Positions 11,692-23,342 of a DNA stretch of 64,000 nucleotides are shown here, piece after piece. Each line of letters opens with the position of its first letter. The first letter of the stretch is position 1. The DNA is taken from the NCBI GenBank assembly GCA_000320545.1, contig ADNK01000510.1, forward strand, positions 114,764 to 178,763. The letters are read 5' to 3'. The stretch comes from Bigelowiella natans CCMP2755 (Eukaryota > Protista > Cercozoa). The notes beneath the pieces were generated by a model. That model made no database searches and had not been told where the DNA came from. It saw only the letters and a list, made by a program, of their open reading frames with translations. Position numbers and translations under genes: made by a program.

Positions 11692-14600
11692 TCATCCACC
11701 ATACACTTTCTCGAGCTCGGACGAGTATTTCCGTAAAATCACATTGACCCGTTTCTTGTGAGACCCGGTCAGGAGTTTGTTTTGTATCGTCCATGGGGAT
11801 GCTGTAAGCAAGAGATACTTTAATTTACACACATGGAGCGGCTTTGCTTCAGGAATTCCACGCAACTCTTGCAGGACTAGCTTTTGAAGTGCGTCGTCCT
11901 CAAGCGCTTTCGCTACGGAAACGTTTCTCCGTCGGCAGAAATCGTATAGTCTTTGTGGGTCTACCACTACAATGCCTACGAGAAAATCCCGGTCTTTGCG
12001 CACATCAATTACCACCTGCGTCGCCCAATCGGCCCTCTCGAGTATTGTCATGAGTTTGTATGGAAACACAATCGTTCCGTCTTTGAGACCCCTCACGGCA
12101 GAGATTCTCTCAAGAATGTGCAACTTCCCAAACTCGTCGACCCTGCCAAGGTCGCCAGTGGCGTACCAGCCCCCCTCCAGCCAGGCCTCCTTAGTTTTGT
12201 CTGGGTTTTTGAAGTAGCCGACGTGAGTGTGAGGGGACTTTACTTGGATCTCCCCCTTGCCATGGCCGAACAATCCAAACTCGGGGCGACTCGCTAGCCG
12301 GACTTGCACGTTTTTCGACCAAATCGGCTTCCCGTTAGAGGAGATAGCCCCGCATTCGGTTGTCCCGTAGGAATCGACGAAGGTGGCGTCTGGGAATATG
12401 CTTCTGGCAAATTGCTTGACTTCCTCCCTCGTTGGAGCACCACCCGTTGCTAGGAACATCACGCGTTCCCCGAACATGCTTCGAATCTTATCCTTGGCTG
12501 CCTCCTCTATCACCAACTTGCGCTCTGCTTCTGTCGCTGCATTTTTGAAGAATTCTTGCTTTGAATCATCACCAACATCCTCCTTTTCATCGTCTTTCTG
12601 AGGCGTTGTCATCTCAGCCATCTTCAAGTGTTGTTGGTAGATATGGAAGAGTCCGTTCCATATCCTCGGCGGACAGCTCATGGCAGATGGCTGCAGGAGC
12701 CGTATCTGGTCGAAAAGGCTCCTGACATTGTTCTCAGCACCCGTAGAGTCCAGCATCCCGTCTTTCTTAGACTTTTCATGCGCCCTCCAATTCGAGGCTT
12801 CATAGTGAGCAAACCCGATCCTACCCCCGTTCCCGAGGAACTCCCAGACCTTCACCCTGTCGCTTGAGTGAGAAAGTGGGATGTACGAAACGGTCACCAA
12901 GGGGCTCGCACTTGTGCCCTCGCCCATGTCGTTGAGGAAGCTTTCCGTGGACACCATCACGCCTTTGGGCTTCCCAGACGACCCCGATGTGTACATTAGC
13001 GTGAAGAGGTTGACGTCCTTATGCGGAGAGCCAAGAGGATGCGCCACTTGCACGCCGCGGCACTTGTAAGGATCGATCAGCACACTACCTGCGTGCTCCT
13101 TAGAGTCTCCCTTCTTCGCCTGCCTCTGTCCTTGGGGGCGGGGGACAACGAATTCCAGGAGGGAGTGGAGCTTCAGCATTTTCTTGGAAGCACGTGCCTT
13201 GTCCAGATGTGACTGAAGTTGTTTCAGTTCTTCGGGTAGAGCATCCATCAGGACTACATGCGACACAGAAGTCGAGCTATCCAGCTCCTCAATCGACCAT
13301 CCCGTTGAGCGTTTCTTCAGCACTTTGCTTGTAACGACCAACGCTTGAGGGGCGCAATTGGCTAACACCTTCTCGACCTCATTTTGCTCGTAGGTCTTGT
13401 GAAGGCCCACGCTACATGAGCTCACCCTCGCGACAGCCAGGTCGCTCAACGCAAATTCGAAATCGTTGAAACCGCAGATCCCGATCATCTTACCGTTCAG
13501 TCCCAGCTCCATAAATCGCTCGGCAATCCTCTCCGTGAGCGTCCTCACGTGGCAGTACTTGAGCCAAATGTACCCGTCGTGCAAGGGGCACTCTATCCCA
13601 GCAAACTCGGGCAATTTGGAGCGAGTGCGTCTGCCCAGGTTGAGGCTGTTTGGCATTCCAAGGGCCAGCCTATCAGCATACGCGACACACGACTGCATAA
13701 TAACGGCTATTGGGGTGTCGTCCCTTGGGATCTCCTTCTTTGTAAAATGGCGCAGATGCGTCCAGTGAGCAACGTCACGTGATATCGCACTGTCCAACCA
13801 CGGATCCCTCTCCTTTAGTAAGGCCAGCGCGCGGCTTGCATCCAAAGAGCGGCGTGGAAGGCGCGTGATACTCTGCTGCGACACCAGCGCCTTCTTGATC
13901 CGATCGAAGAAATCCTGGTACGCAACGGAGATGTCTGTGGTCATGGGAGCATCCAGCACATGGTACCGTGGCTTGCCGATGTCATTCACGTCGCCCTCAA
14001 TCAGGCGGCCAGACGCGTAGCACCAGACCTCGGCGTTACCAACTGGGATGGAGGGCGCGGGGGCAGAGCCCGATTGAATGTCCTCTGCGGGCCAGCACCA
14101 GTCGAATTGAAACGTCAGGTTTGCCGGACAGAAGACCGAGTATCGCTTGCAGGTGCTCTCAAGTACCATCCGTTGCTGATTCCACTCGTATCGTAACTGT
14201 TCCTCCCCGTAAGGTTCAATCCCTGCTTTAGCCGACTTAGCGCAGAGAAGAACCGAGCGGAACCGCCCCCAACGTATCGTGTCTAGGACGTCCTTCGTGA
14301 GCGAGTAGAGGGAGGAGGAGTCATCGCCAACATGATCCTTGAGCTGCAGCTCCTCTTCCACCTTACGGACGCATGATTGAATTAACTTACCTACCTGCCC
14401 CTGCATAAATGTCCCGGTTATCGGATCTCGCTCCAACTTTACTTCCTTTTCATCCGCCGTCATCGATACCATCAAAACCTGAGTAGAGGTTGAGTGAAGA
14501 GGGAGGGGGGGAGGGGGGGAGGGGGATGTGGATACATTGGTGAGAGAGACGCTATCAATATGATTCGAAGGAAATACAGATATATGATAATTATCTCTGC

Positions 14601-17333
14601 TGCTGCTGCTGCTGCTAATCACCCGTTCTTTGGTTGCAATTGCCACGAGGTTGGAGACTTTGGCAGCCACTTCCTTCTCCGCGTCATCGAGGGCCCGGTC
14701 CCACTCCTTTTTGCATTTATCCGTCTTGCGCTGCTTTACCTCCTTCCATTCGCCGTACTTCGAGTGTATAGATTTACCGATGCCCTTGAGTGTGTCAAGC
14801 TCTTTGTTCACGGCGCGCTCCGCGGCTTTGTTCTCCAATGCAAACTGCCACTTCATGTACTCGTGTTTCTTCAAGGACCAGAACTCCTTCGGGAACACGC
14901 GCCTCTCCTTCGCCTCGCATTCAACTTGCTTGCGGCACTTCTCAATGCAGGCTTCGATGACGTCCAGCATGGAATGGACCTCTCGCGAGTGCTGCCTCTC
15001 CTCCAGAGTTGGTGTGCGGGGCCGAGAGATGGGATCTCCCCCACCATTGCCATCTCTATCCCGGAAAGAGGCAGGTCCTGCGGATGGGGACGGTGGGCGC
15101 TCGATCAGCGCGCCGATTTCGCTCTGGACCTCGTCCTTTGCGTAGAGCAGATCGAGCTGTGTAATGTACTTGACACTCTGCAGGTAGCCTCGCTTCGGTT
15201 TGCCCACGGCGGAGAGGCAGCCGTTCAGCGTGGTCCAGGGCTCGTGGTCAAGGATTACGTGCTTAGGAACTTCATAGTCCTTGATGCTGTCCGCGTTTTT
15301 GTCGGCCTGCGCCTGAAGCTGCTTCAGCACCAGCTCCCTGAATGTGGGGTCCTCGCATATCTTCTTTGGAGTGAGGTTGTCACCGTTGTTAGCCTTCTTG
15401 GACCACTCCTCCATGAAGCTCGCGGAGGGGATGACAATGGCGACCATCACGGGTTGATTCCTGTCTGCGACGAGGCACACCTGCCGCACACACCTCGCCT
15501 TTGTATATACATTCTGCTCAAGATTTTGCATTGCAACCCATACTGAGCGGCCTTGAATGTACAGCTCCACCATGTTTTTGCAACGGTCGACTATCCTAAG
15601 CACTCGCGGCTCGCTCCGACAGCTACTGAGGGAGAAGGACGACTGCGGATCGTTCTGCTTATCATTCTTCGGGTTGTATTCAATCTCGCCTACATCGCCG
15701 GTACAGTACCTGGTTGCATTATTATTGTTATTATTAGTAGTAGTAGTTAGAGAAGTTAGTAGAGTAGTAGTAGTAGTATGATACACAACAACCAATTCTG
15801 TTTCAACAAAAAGGAGGAACCAGAAATGGCAGAGAATGAGAATGAGAATGAGAATGAGAATGAAGAAGAGGAGGAGGAGGTAAACAAGAGCGAAGAAAGA
15901 ACGGCAGAAGGAGAAGATGTGTGTCGCAAGATCGTGAGTCTCTGTCTGTCGCAAAGAGCGAGCAGCCAGCAGTATTACCACCCCCCCGGTTGCACCCAAG
16001 CCGCCTTGGACTTAACAGGATCTTTCCAGTAGGACTGCGTGTGGCTTCCATCCTTCATTCGAACGAGAATCTCTCCTCGAGGCCTTATCTCTCCGTATAG
16101 CTCTCTGAAACCATTAACGAAGTCCACGATTTCCAGCACCTTGTTCTCCAGATCGTACTTCAGGGTTGCAATCAAGGCACTATTGTTCCTACTCTCCACA
16201 TCCTGCCCCTCCCCCTTCTTCTTCCTCTTCTTCTGCTCCTCGTTTGCCAAGCGAAGGGAGTCCTTTTTCTTGGTCATTATGGTGTCAAAGACATTGTCCA
16301 GTCCTCTGAAATCCAGGGCGGAGACCTGGTCGATGATCTCTTGCAATCTCGTGCGATAGTGAGAGCGCTTGGGTAGCTCTTCATCAATCTTTTGCTTCAG
16401 TCGCGGAACAAAGTGCTTCTTCATAGCAGCCTTCAGCTCCTCGATTGCCACCCGGTAATGGGCGATTTCGGAGCTCATCGCACAGGTATGAAATACTTCA
16501 GATATGCAAGACGTGACTGCTGGGTACAGGAAACGGTCATTATTAGTATAGCCCATCTCAGGGAGATCTCGCAGCTTGAGCTCGACTAGGGGCGATATGG
16601 CGCCGCACTTGCTGATTCCTGGGAACTCCGTCGCACCGTAGGAGTCAAACACGCGCATCTCGTTCCCAGGAGACATGCACACCTTCCGCATGAAGTCGAT
16701 CACGGCATCGCTCGTGTGCGCTCCTCCCGTGGCCACAGTTTGGAAGTTCCCACCGAGAAGTTGTCGAAATCTAATGCTGGTCATTGCCTGCAGATATTCG
16801 CCCTCGCGGGTCTCACAGAACGCGTCGACCAAGTTGTGCCAGGGTACCGAAGTTATATGCTCCGATATCTGCCGCGAGAGCTCGCGGTTGGACATGATCC
16901 CCATTTTCGCCTCCTCACCACTACCAGGGCGGGAGCGCCTGGTTTGTTGTAGCTCTTCCTTGATCATTTCAGTCAGGTTCGGTAGCGTGGCCTTGGTCAG
17001 CCTTTCCAAGTAGTCGTAGTAAAATCGGTTCCACGTGTGCGACAACCCAAGGAAAAACTCTGGCTTGATGCAGCTGATATCGGCGAGGAACTTCTTGTAG
17101 TTCGACGCGCTTGCAAACCCGAAAGAACCGCCGCAGAAACAGGTCTGCCAAACAATGCCACGGTCGGCCCCATGCGCGAGAGCCATGTAGCTGACTAAAA
17201 TAAGAAAGGAGGAAGGGAGGAATTTGGAGAGGCACACAGTTATGAGGAGGAGGAGGAGGGACTACAATGGCTAGTTTGTTCACATCCGTGCGTTTGATGA
17301 ATTATTGTGAATTGCACAGTAATTATCTATATT

Positions 17334-17372
<39 letters not shown>

Positions 17373-18866
17373 GATATTATTAAATTGAAAGTTGTGATGG
17401 ATTGCATCAGTAGATACATGTTAGGCTAGTAGTTACTTGTTCTTTGGTTTGGCGTAACCGCTATACTTGTCGACACGGCGTCCTTCTTCCATCGCTTGTT
17501 ACTTATTTGAATACCTGCACCACCACCGTCACCAGCATTCCCATTCAATTTCCTTCTTATCATGATCATGCTCATCATTCTTCATCATTAATTATCATAC
17601 TTCTCGATTAACACCATGACAGGAGCTTGGCAACATTCCTAACCTTTCGGGGCGCCCGAGGTCCCTGAGGAGAATATCAACGTGAAGGTAGACGTAGGAT
17701 CCGCCCGAGTCTTGCTCAAATCCAAAATCACCTGCAAAAGGAGTGTTAAGAGGGCTGTAACCAAATAATCGTGTGGAACTGGGATCATCTATCATTGAGT
17801 CGTCCTCACATCTTCTGATTTTGAAGAACTAGCAGCTCCAGTTAGAGTTTGTTTCCCAGGTGTGCTCCCAATGCGTAATAGTTCAGTCAAACATGCCAAC
17901 TTTATCCCATGCGGCATATTGTTTCTCAATTCTGTGAATAAGGATGATCATGACGCAATTTTGAATAATGTTGAAACTTTAGGCTGAACCTCTCTATTTC
18001 TCCCTCCCCCCCTCTCTCCAACTTTTATATCCCACACATTTCTTTTTCACTCATACGATACCCACATATTCATTCAAGGAATTTCCTTAACAAGCTACCT
18101 GCGAAGACTTTCCGATCGTCATCAGTCAGGTCCAAGAGAACCAGGTGCTTCAGATGTTGAAACGGCTCCGAGCTATCTCGAATCGTGCTCACGAACTTCT
18201 CAGCGTACTTTGCTGTCATGCACAGGCATGTAAGATCAGCCTTCCGGCATACAGCCTCGACTTCCTGCGTAGATCATACAGAATATATATATATATATTT
18301 ATATATATATATATATATGTTGTTGATGCTGTTTAGTAGAACGATGTGATGGTGATAGTACCGGCGCTGGCCAGCTTGTGTGTACGCCAACGCAAATGAA
18401 GTCGTTAAAAGCGCAGGCAAAGTCCGCGTATATCCACTCGGGGCAATTCGGAGCACAGATTCCAACCTATTTCCTCCAAGGAATCAGCATCTCTCCCGTT
18501 TGAGGGAAAACAATTAAAACAGGCGGAAGGAAAGGTTACGTGGGCTCGGCGTGGTATCCCGAGAGAGGCCAATCCTTTCGCTAAGTTTGAAGACTGATCT
18601 AGGACCTCTTTGAATGTTATCCAGGAGTAATCCAATCGTGAACCTGCCCTTATTGTGTAAAAGAAGGTCTGTTGGACGGATGAGTGTTGGTCAGTACCTT
18701 CTCCCAGCTTCGATTCCTTCGTTCTGTAGCCCATGAACGGTCTGTCCTTGTAAGTCACCAGTGCTCGATGAAGACAGTGTCCGATGTTTTCCGGTTCGGA
18801 AATGAAAGCACTTGGGCTGGTCATGATATCGAAATCTTTCCGATCAAGGCCTGAAAGCATGCACAT
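11692..18866 (-). CDS. Tandem double adenylation-domain protein (LACS/CAR-A-like ANL enzyme x2), about 2,000 aa
   Basis: Domain 1: IFSSGTSGAPKG, SYMALAHGADR, TGGAHT, DSYGATE, PRGEILVR, WYCTGDVG, IVDRCKN, LSAVGKPKR. Domain 2: MYTSGSSGKPKG, SYIPLSHSSDR, TGGAPT, DSYGTTECG, GEIQVKSP, WYATGDLG, LTGSHKKR. The two long ORFs are joined by GT-AG intron 15710-15978. Confidence 0.88.
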
Positions 18867-19261
18867 TTCTTCGGCTCATTCACTTCCCCACGTACGAGCT
18901 CATGAATCGAGGCTTGCTCTCAGAAGATAAAAATCTGAATACAACAGAAAAGGAAGGGACTCGAACAAACCTTAGCGTTCCTGGGAGGATTGCGTACCTC
19001 CACTCCTAATCGAATCGAATGTAGGGGTGGGAGTGGGTAGATATCTAAATGGATTTCAGCTTAATGCTGTTTGCAATGAAGGATGCTGTTTTGGTATCGC
19101 GACAACGAATTTGCACCAATTTATCAAGAATCGGCTCTAATTCCATTGACGATCATTCTGCTGTAAATTCGGAGCACCACCACGTATTCATTCAGAACCG
19201 CAGCAGAGGGGGACCGGCAAGTATTCCTGTGTTGTGGGCGAAGGTGTGGGGGAGATCACGT

Positions 19262-20324
19262 ATGGACCTCTTGCCTCTGTTAGTCTTCATTCTTCAATGG
19301 GGTTGCTCTTCATCCGCGCTAATCGTGGAACGAAAGGATTGTGAAGAAAACCAAAAAACATGCCAGGTATTCGACAACATTTTACATTCGGCGAAAATTG
19401 ACATATGTCTTTCGGGCCACATTAGTTTAACGCAGATTATCCTGTTTTGGGAAGTGGAGAAATGTTTGATTCTATCTCCGGGCGCTACGACGCGATAAAT
19501 CGAATCATGAGCCTCGGCATGGATCAGGTCCGATGCACATTACCGTCAAACACAATATTCTAAGCAAATGCATGCCCTTAACCTTTCCCAGTCATGGCGA
19601 CGAAGAATGGTCAATGCATTGGAAGTTAATGCTCACGAAAAGGTATTGGATCTTGCAACTGGGACCGCAGATGTTGCTATTATTGAAGCACAGAATCAAC
19701 CGTCTTCAACTATCCTTGGTGTGGATCCAAGGTGTGCCCTACGAACAACATGCTAAGAATTTAAGAAGCTCAATTTAATTGCGATGTTAGTGCGAAGATG
19801 CTCGCAATTGGACGAGAGAAGCTAGAAGCCTCCGGTTTGGAGGATCGAGTAACTTTAGAGCTAGGAGACGCGATGGATCTCAGCGGTATTGAGAACGGGA
19901 CTTTCGATAAAGTCAGATTCATCTCAAAAAGATCGGCGTAGTAAGGCCCTGATGATATTCATGGCTGTTTTAGGTGAGTATAGCTTTTGGGATACGAAAT
20001 ATACGGGATCACATGCAAGCACTAAAGGTATATATATATTCTCGTCGTCGATTCAAGTTTCGTGATCACTACTTGTCTAATCAGGAGATGCGTCGCGTGA
20101 TAAAATCAGAACCCATGTCGAGACTAGCAATCTTAGGTATTCAAATCTCTTCATAATGATTACCTTTGACAACCCTGCCTATCCCATAGAGTTCGCTGAA
20201 CCGTCAGGAGGAGTGATGGAGTTCTTCGCTAGAATGTTCATAAAACATGTTGTGCCCGTCGTCGGCGCACTTCTTAGGTTCTGACTCCTTAATCTCGTTC
20301 TCCGAAAGATATTCAATGATGCAG

Positions 20325-20369
<45 letters not shown>

Positions 20370-20594
20370 CGGAAAATGGAATGAGTACATGCACTTGGAG
20401 GAATCAATCATGGCCTTCCCTTCTCCGAAGGAATTTTCCATGATGATGTCTCAGGTCTCTTCGTTGAATATTCCACATATCATAGAATTATTGATATTTT
20501 TATGATTCATAATTCTCAGGCTGGGTTTGAAGTAATGAGCACGGAAAGCATGATGTTCTCATCAGTCATTTTATACTTAGCAGCACCAAAATGA
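19262..20594 (+). CDS. UbiE/COQ5/MenG-family C-methyltransferase with N-terminal signal peptide
   Basis: Exons: MFDSISGRYDAINRIMSLGMDQ|SWRRRMV, VLDLATGTADVAI, GVDP|SAKMLAIGREK, GDAMDL, IAFGIRNI, EMRRVIK, LAILEFAEP, HLEESIMAFP. N-terminus MDLLPLLVFILQWGCSSSA. Confidence 0.92.
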
Positions 20595-21084
20595 ATCATG
20601 CTATTAGTCATCAATGTCATTACAAGATTCAGGTGGTTGTGATGGGCATTCAACATTGATGATGAGCGTAGGACGAAGGGCCTTATTCATTTTACAGCAT
20701 TGTGTATGATACGCCAAGACATTGTTGTGTGTGTGGCTGCAGCGCGCGGCGTATAGCATCGCATCCGATGTATTTTCAGCACCTCTCTATGATGCTGCTT
20801 GTAGTTACATTCATCCATTGTTGAAACGATAGCTAGATAGCGCGCTTTCAGTCGTACGTACGACATAATATCCACGCTTTCGAGGAGCTTGGAAATACAT
20901 CAATATCATGTGCTAGTACTAAAATAGCTCGCTCAAAGATATACCGAAGTGCACCAATTGATATATATTACCAGAAATTGTGTGGCATGTTGCACTATCA
21001 ACTCGACACATAATGTTCTCTCGTGGTTGCTATTGCGCACATTTCTAGGACGACATTGGCTCCCCATCATCAATGAACAAACAT

Positions 21085-21880
21085 CTAGACATCGTTATCG
21101 TTATACTCACTATTAGATGTTGAAGATAGAATTTTCTTGAGTAGATGCGGTGGATATTCTCTTCCTTGAATATGGAGCTTGTAGCATAGCTGAAACAGAC
21201 AAAGAGGAAAATCACGTCTTACACCACACATCCACACTCCAATGTTTTAGTCAAGCGTCACCCGTTCTATTTTCTTTAAGGATGCCAGCATCACTTCAAG
21301 TTTCTTCCCCCACTCTCGAGAGCGCACTGTGACTGTAGAATCAAACCGTTTACATAATTTAAGAGTAGAGTCTCACAGAAGAAGAAGAAGAAGAAGAAGA
21401 AGAAGAAGAAGAAGAAGCGCACCTGGAAGTAGTATGGAATAAAGATCTCGAACTAATTTTAGAATTTCCATCGGACTCTTCTGATCTCCTGCTCCTAAAG
21501 AGAGCGCAAATAATTAATCTGGCGCGTTAGCCATATACTGTCAAATACCTGCGCACGTAGTAGCCAAACGCATCATTTCGCCAGTGGTATCCGCAATACC
21601 AAGCAAGTAGTCTTCCTGGAAAAAAAAAAAGAATTTTTATAATGATACTCATCAACATTGTATTAAATACTTAATTTGACCAATGTGACACGGAATTTCC
21701 ATGTTAATTTTGTCTTCGATTCAACTTCCATTTTATCAGAATCCAAATCATCCTTCTTATTTTCGCCAGTCTTGGTCATATCATGGAGTAAATTTATCCT
21801 GCTTTCGATTTCACTACACTTGATGATTTCCCTACGTGGAAAGTGTATGGACAATAAGAGGGACACGCACACACACATAC

Positions 21881-21929
<49 letters not shown>

Positions 21930-22625
21930 AAAATTCAATTACAAACGCATGGTCAACTTTGAATCAATTAGGTTTTTACTTCGTCTTGATGTAGTGAAGA
22001 AAGGAGACAGCTTCTATGAATTCTTGAAGACCAAAGCTGTGTAGTGATATTCTCGTTTGATTTCCTTTGCATAGCAATTCATTCATTGAACCTTATTTTA
22101 GGGAGCATTCGCCAATAGTCGTCCTCGTCCTCGAGCATTCCATGAATGTTTTGAACTATTTGGTACAGCTTTGTGGCAGCAATTTCACCATCTTTCAGAA
22201 GTTTTTCATTCTGGTAGTTTGAGAGCATTAGCAAGTGATCAAATCACGTAAGAATTGGTCCAATTTGTACCTTTTCAAGCGGGCGAAATCTATGAAGTGT
22301 GAATATCATACGCTTGGATTGAATGGTAAGCTCTCGTGTTTGCCTTATAATCAACCAAACCCCCTTCAAATAAAGTTGGAAGGGCAGAAATGCTGAGGTA
22401 CCTGTAGATCGTCTCTCGGCGGTTGTTCCGCTCATCGTACTGAGATTATTGTAAATGTAGTGAGGAATGTGCACTTATTTGGACGTAGCAATCTAATGGC
22501 ATTAGCACCTGAGTAGATAATGCATTGAATAATGTTGCGATTTTGCCGGCTTGCGCCTGCACGCCTGCGGATCCCGGACCATTCCTTTTTCTTTTCGACT
22601 GTGGTAAACGAAAATGAAGTATCAT
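21085..22625 (-). CDS. TSNAX: Translin-associated factor X (TRAX, C3PO subunit)
   Basis: Exons: DERNNRRETIY..TRELTIQSKRMIFTLHRF, SFGLQEFIEAVSFLHY, EDYLLGIADTTGEMMRLA, KKLEVMLASLKKIER|LCYKLHIQGRE. Acidic catalytic residues characteristic of TRAX (not translin) are present. Ends approximate. Confidence 0.88.
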
Positions 22626-23342
22626 CTGATCGAACAATAGACGAAGTCTTTTCTAGGGTTGGAGAGCACGGGAGACCTGTCGTACAGTCGTAGGGGTAAT
22701 TCTATTCGCCTCCATTGGATGCGAATGATGGGCTCTTTCTTCGGTCTCTGGAGCCTTGTTCTATCGGTAATTTATCGTATATTTTTATCCCAACTGAGGC
22801 ATTTGACAATACTCGAAATGTTACCGCGTGGACACCCTGAAAATATCTACGAGAAGAGGCGAAGAATTGTAACGCACTTGACAACAGTAACAACAAAAAT
22901 GGCGAAGGTTTGATGTCGATGGGTTGTCAGTAGGATGATCACTGACACGGAGTCTCTCCGATTCTTTTCTCCTTAAAAGTTGTGTCTCAACGAATAAATT
23001 CAGGATAATGTGAGGATACGACAACAAACTTTCCTTCTGCTTCAACTGCGCATGCGGACTCAAGGTTTCAGCACACCAACATAAACAATGAACTTTTGCT
23101 TCTGAGACGTCAAATAGATCTTGTCGCCATGTAAATATGGATCTCAATCTTCCTCGGCTTTGGGTGTTGTTACGAGGATAAATCTTAATTCTAGGTTACC
23201 CTTCTCTCCTCCCACCAACCGCACTCCTAACACCCAAAAGCTCCACAGAACAGAGATCAACGCTTCTGAACGGAGAGTCCGCACTAGAGGAAAGTCCAGC
23301 GTCTTTCTGATTGATAAAGCGTCTTCTTTGGAGAGAACATTC

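Noticed and set aside
14480-14621. Ser/Pro low-complexity 'insertion' in the 1435-aa ORF
   Set aside because: Bounded by GTGATT...CTCAG on the minus strand with intron-like composition; probably a stop-free in-frame intron
14494-15546. 350-aa antisense ORF and other long antisense ORFs
   Set aside because: Shadow ORFs of GC3-rich coding sequence with no recognisable motifs
15710-15999. Apparent frameshift or overlap between ORFs 15975..17237 and 11692..15999
   Set aside because: GT-AG intron 15710-15978 restores GGW|YCTGDVG; the hydrophobic start of the 1435-aa ORF is translated intron microsatellite
23005-23065. Selenoprotein-like TGA-GGA-TAC (U-G-Y) reading
   Set aside because: No CxxU motif can be built and no SECIS was recognised
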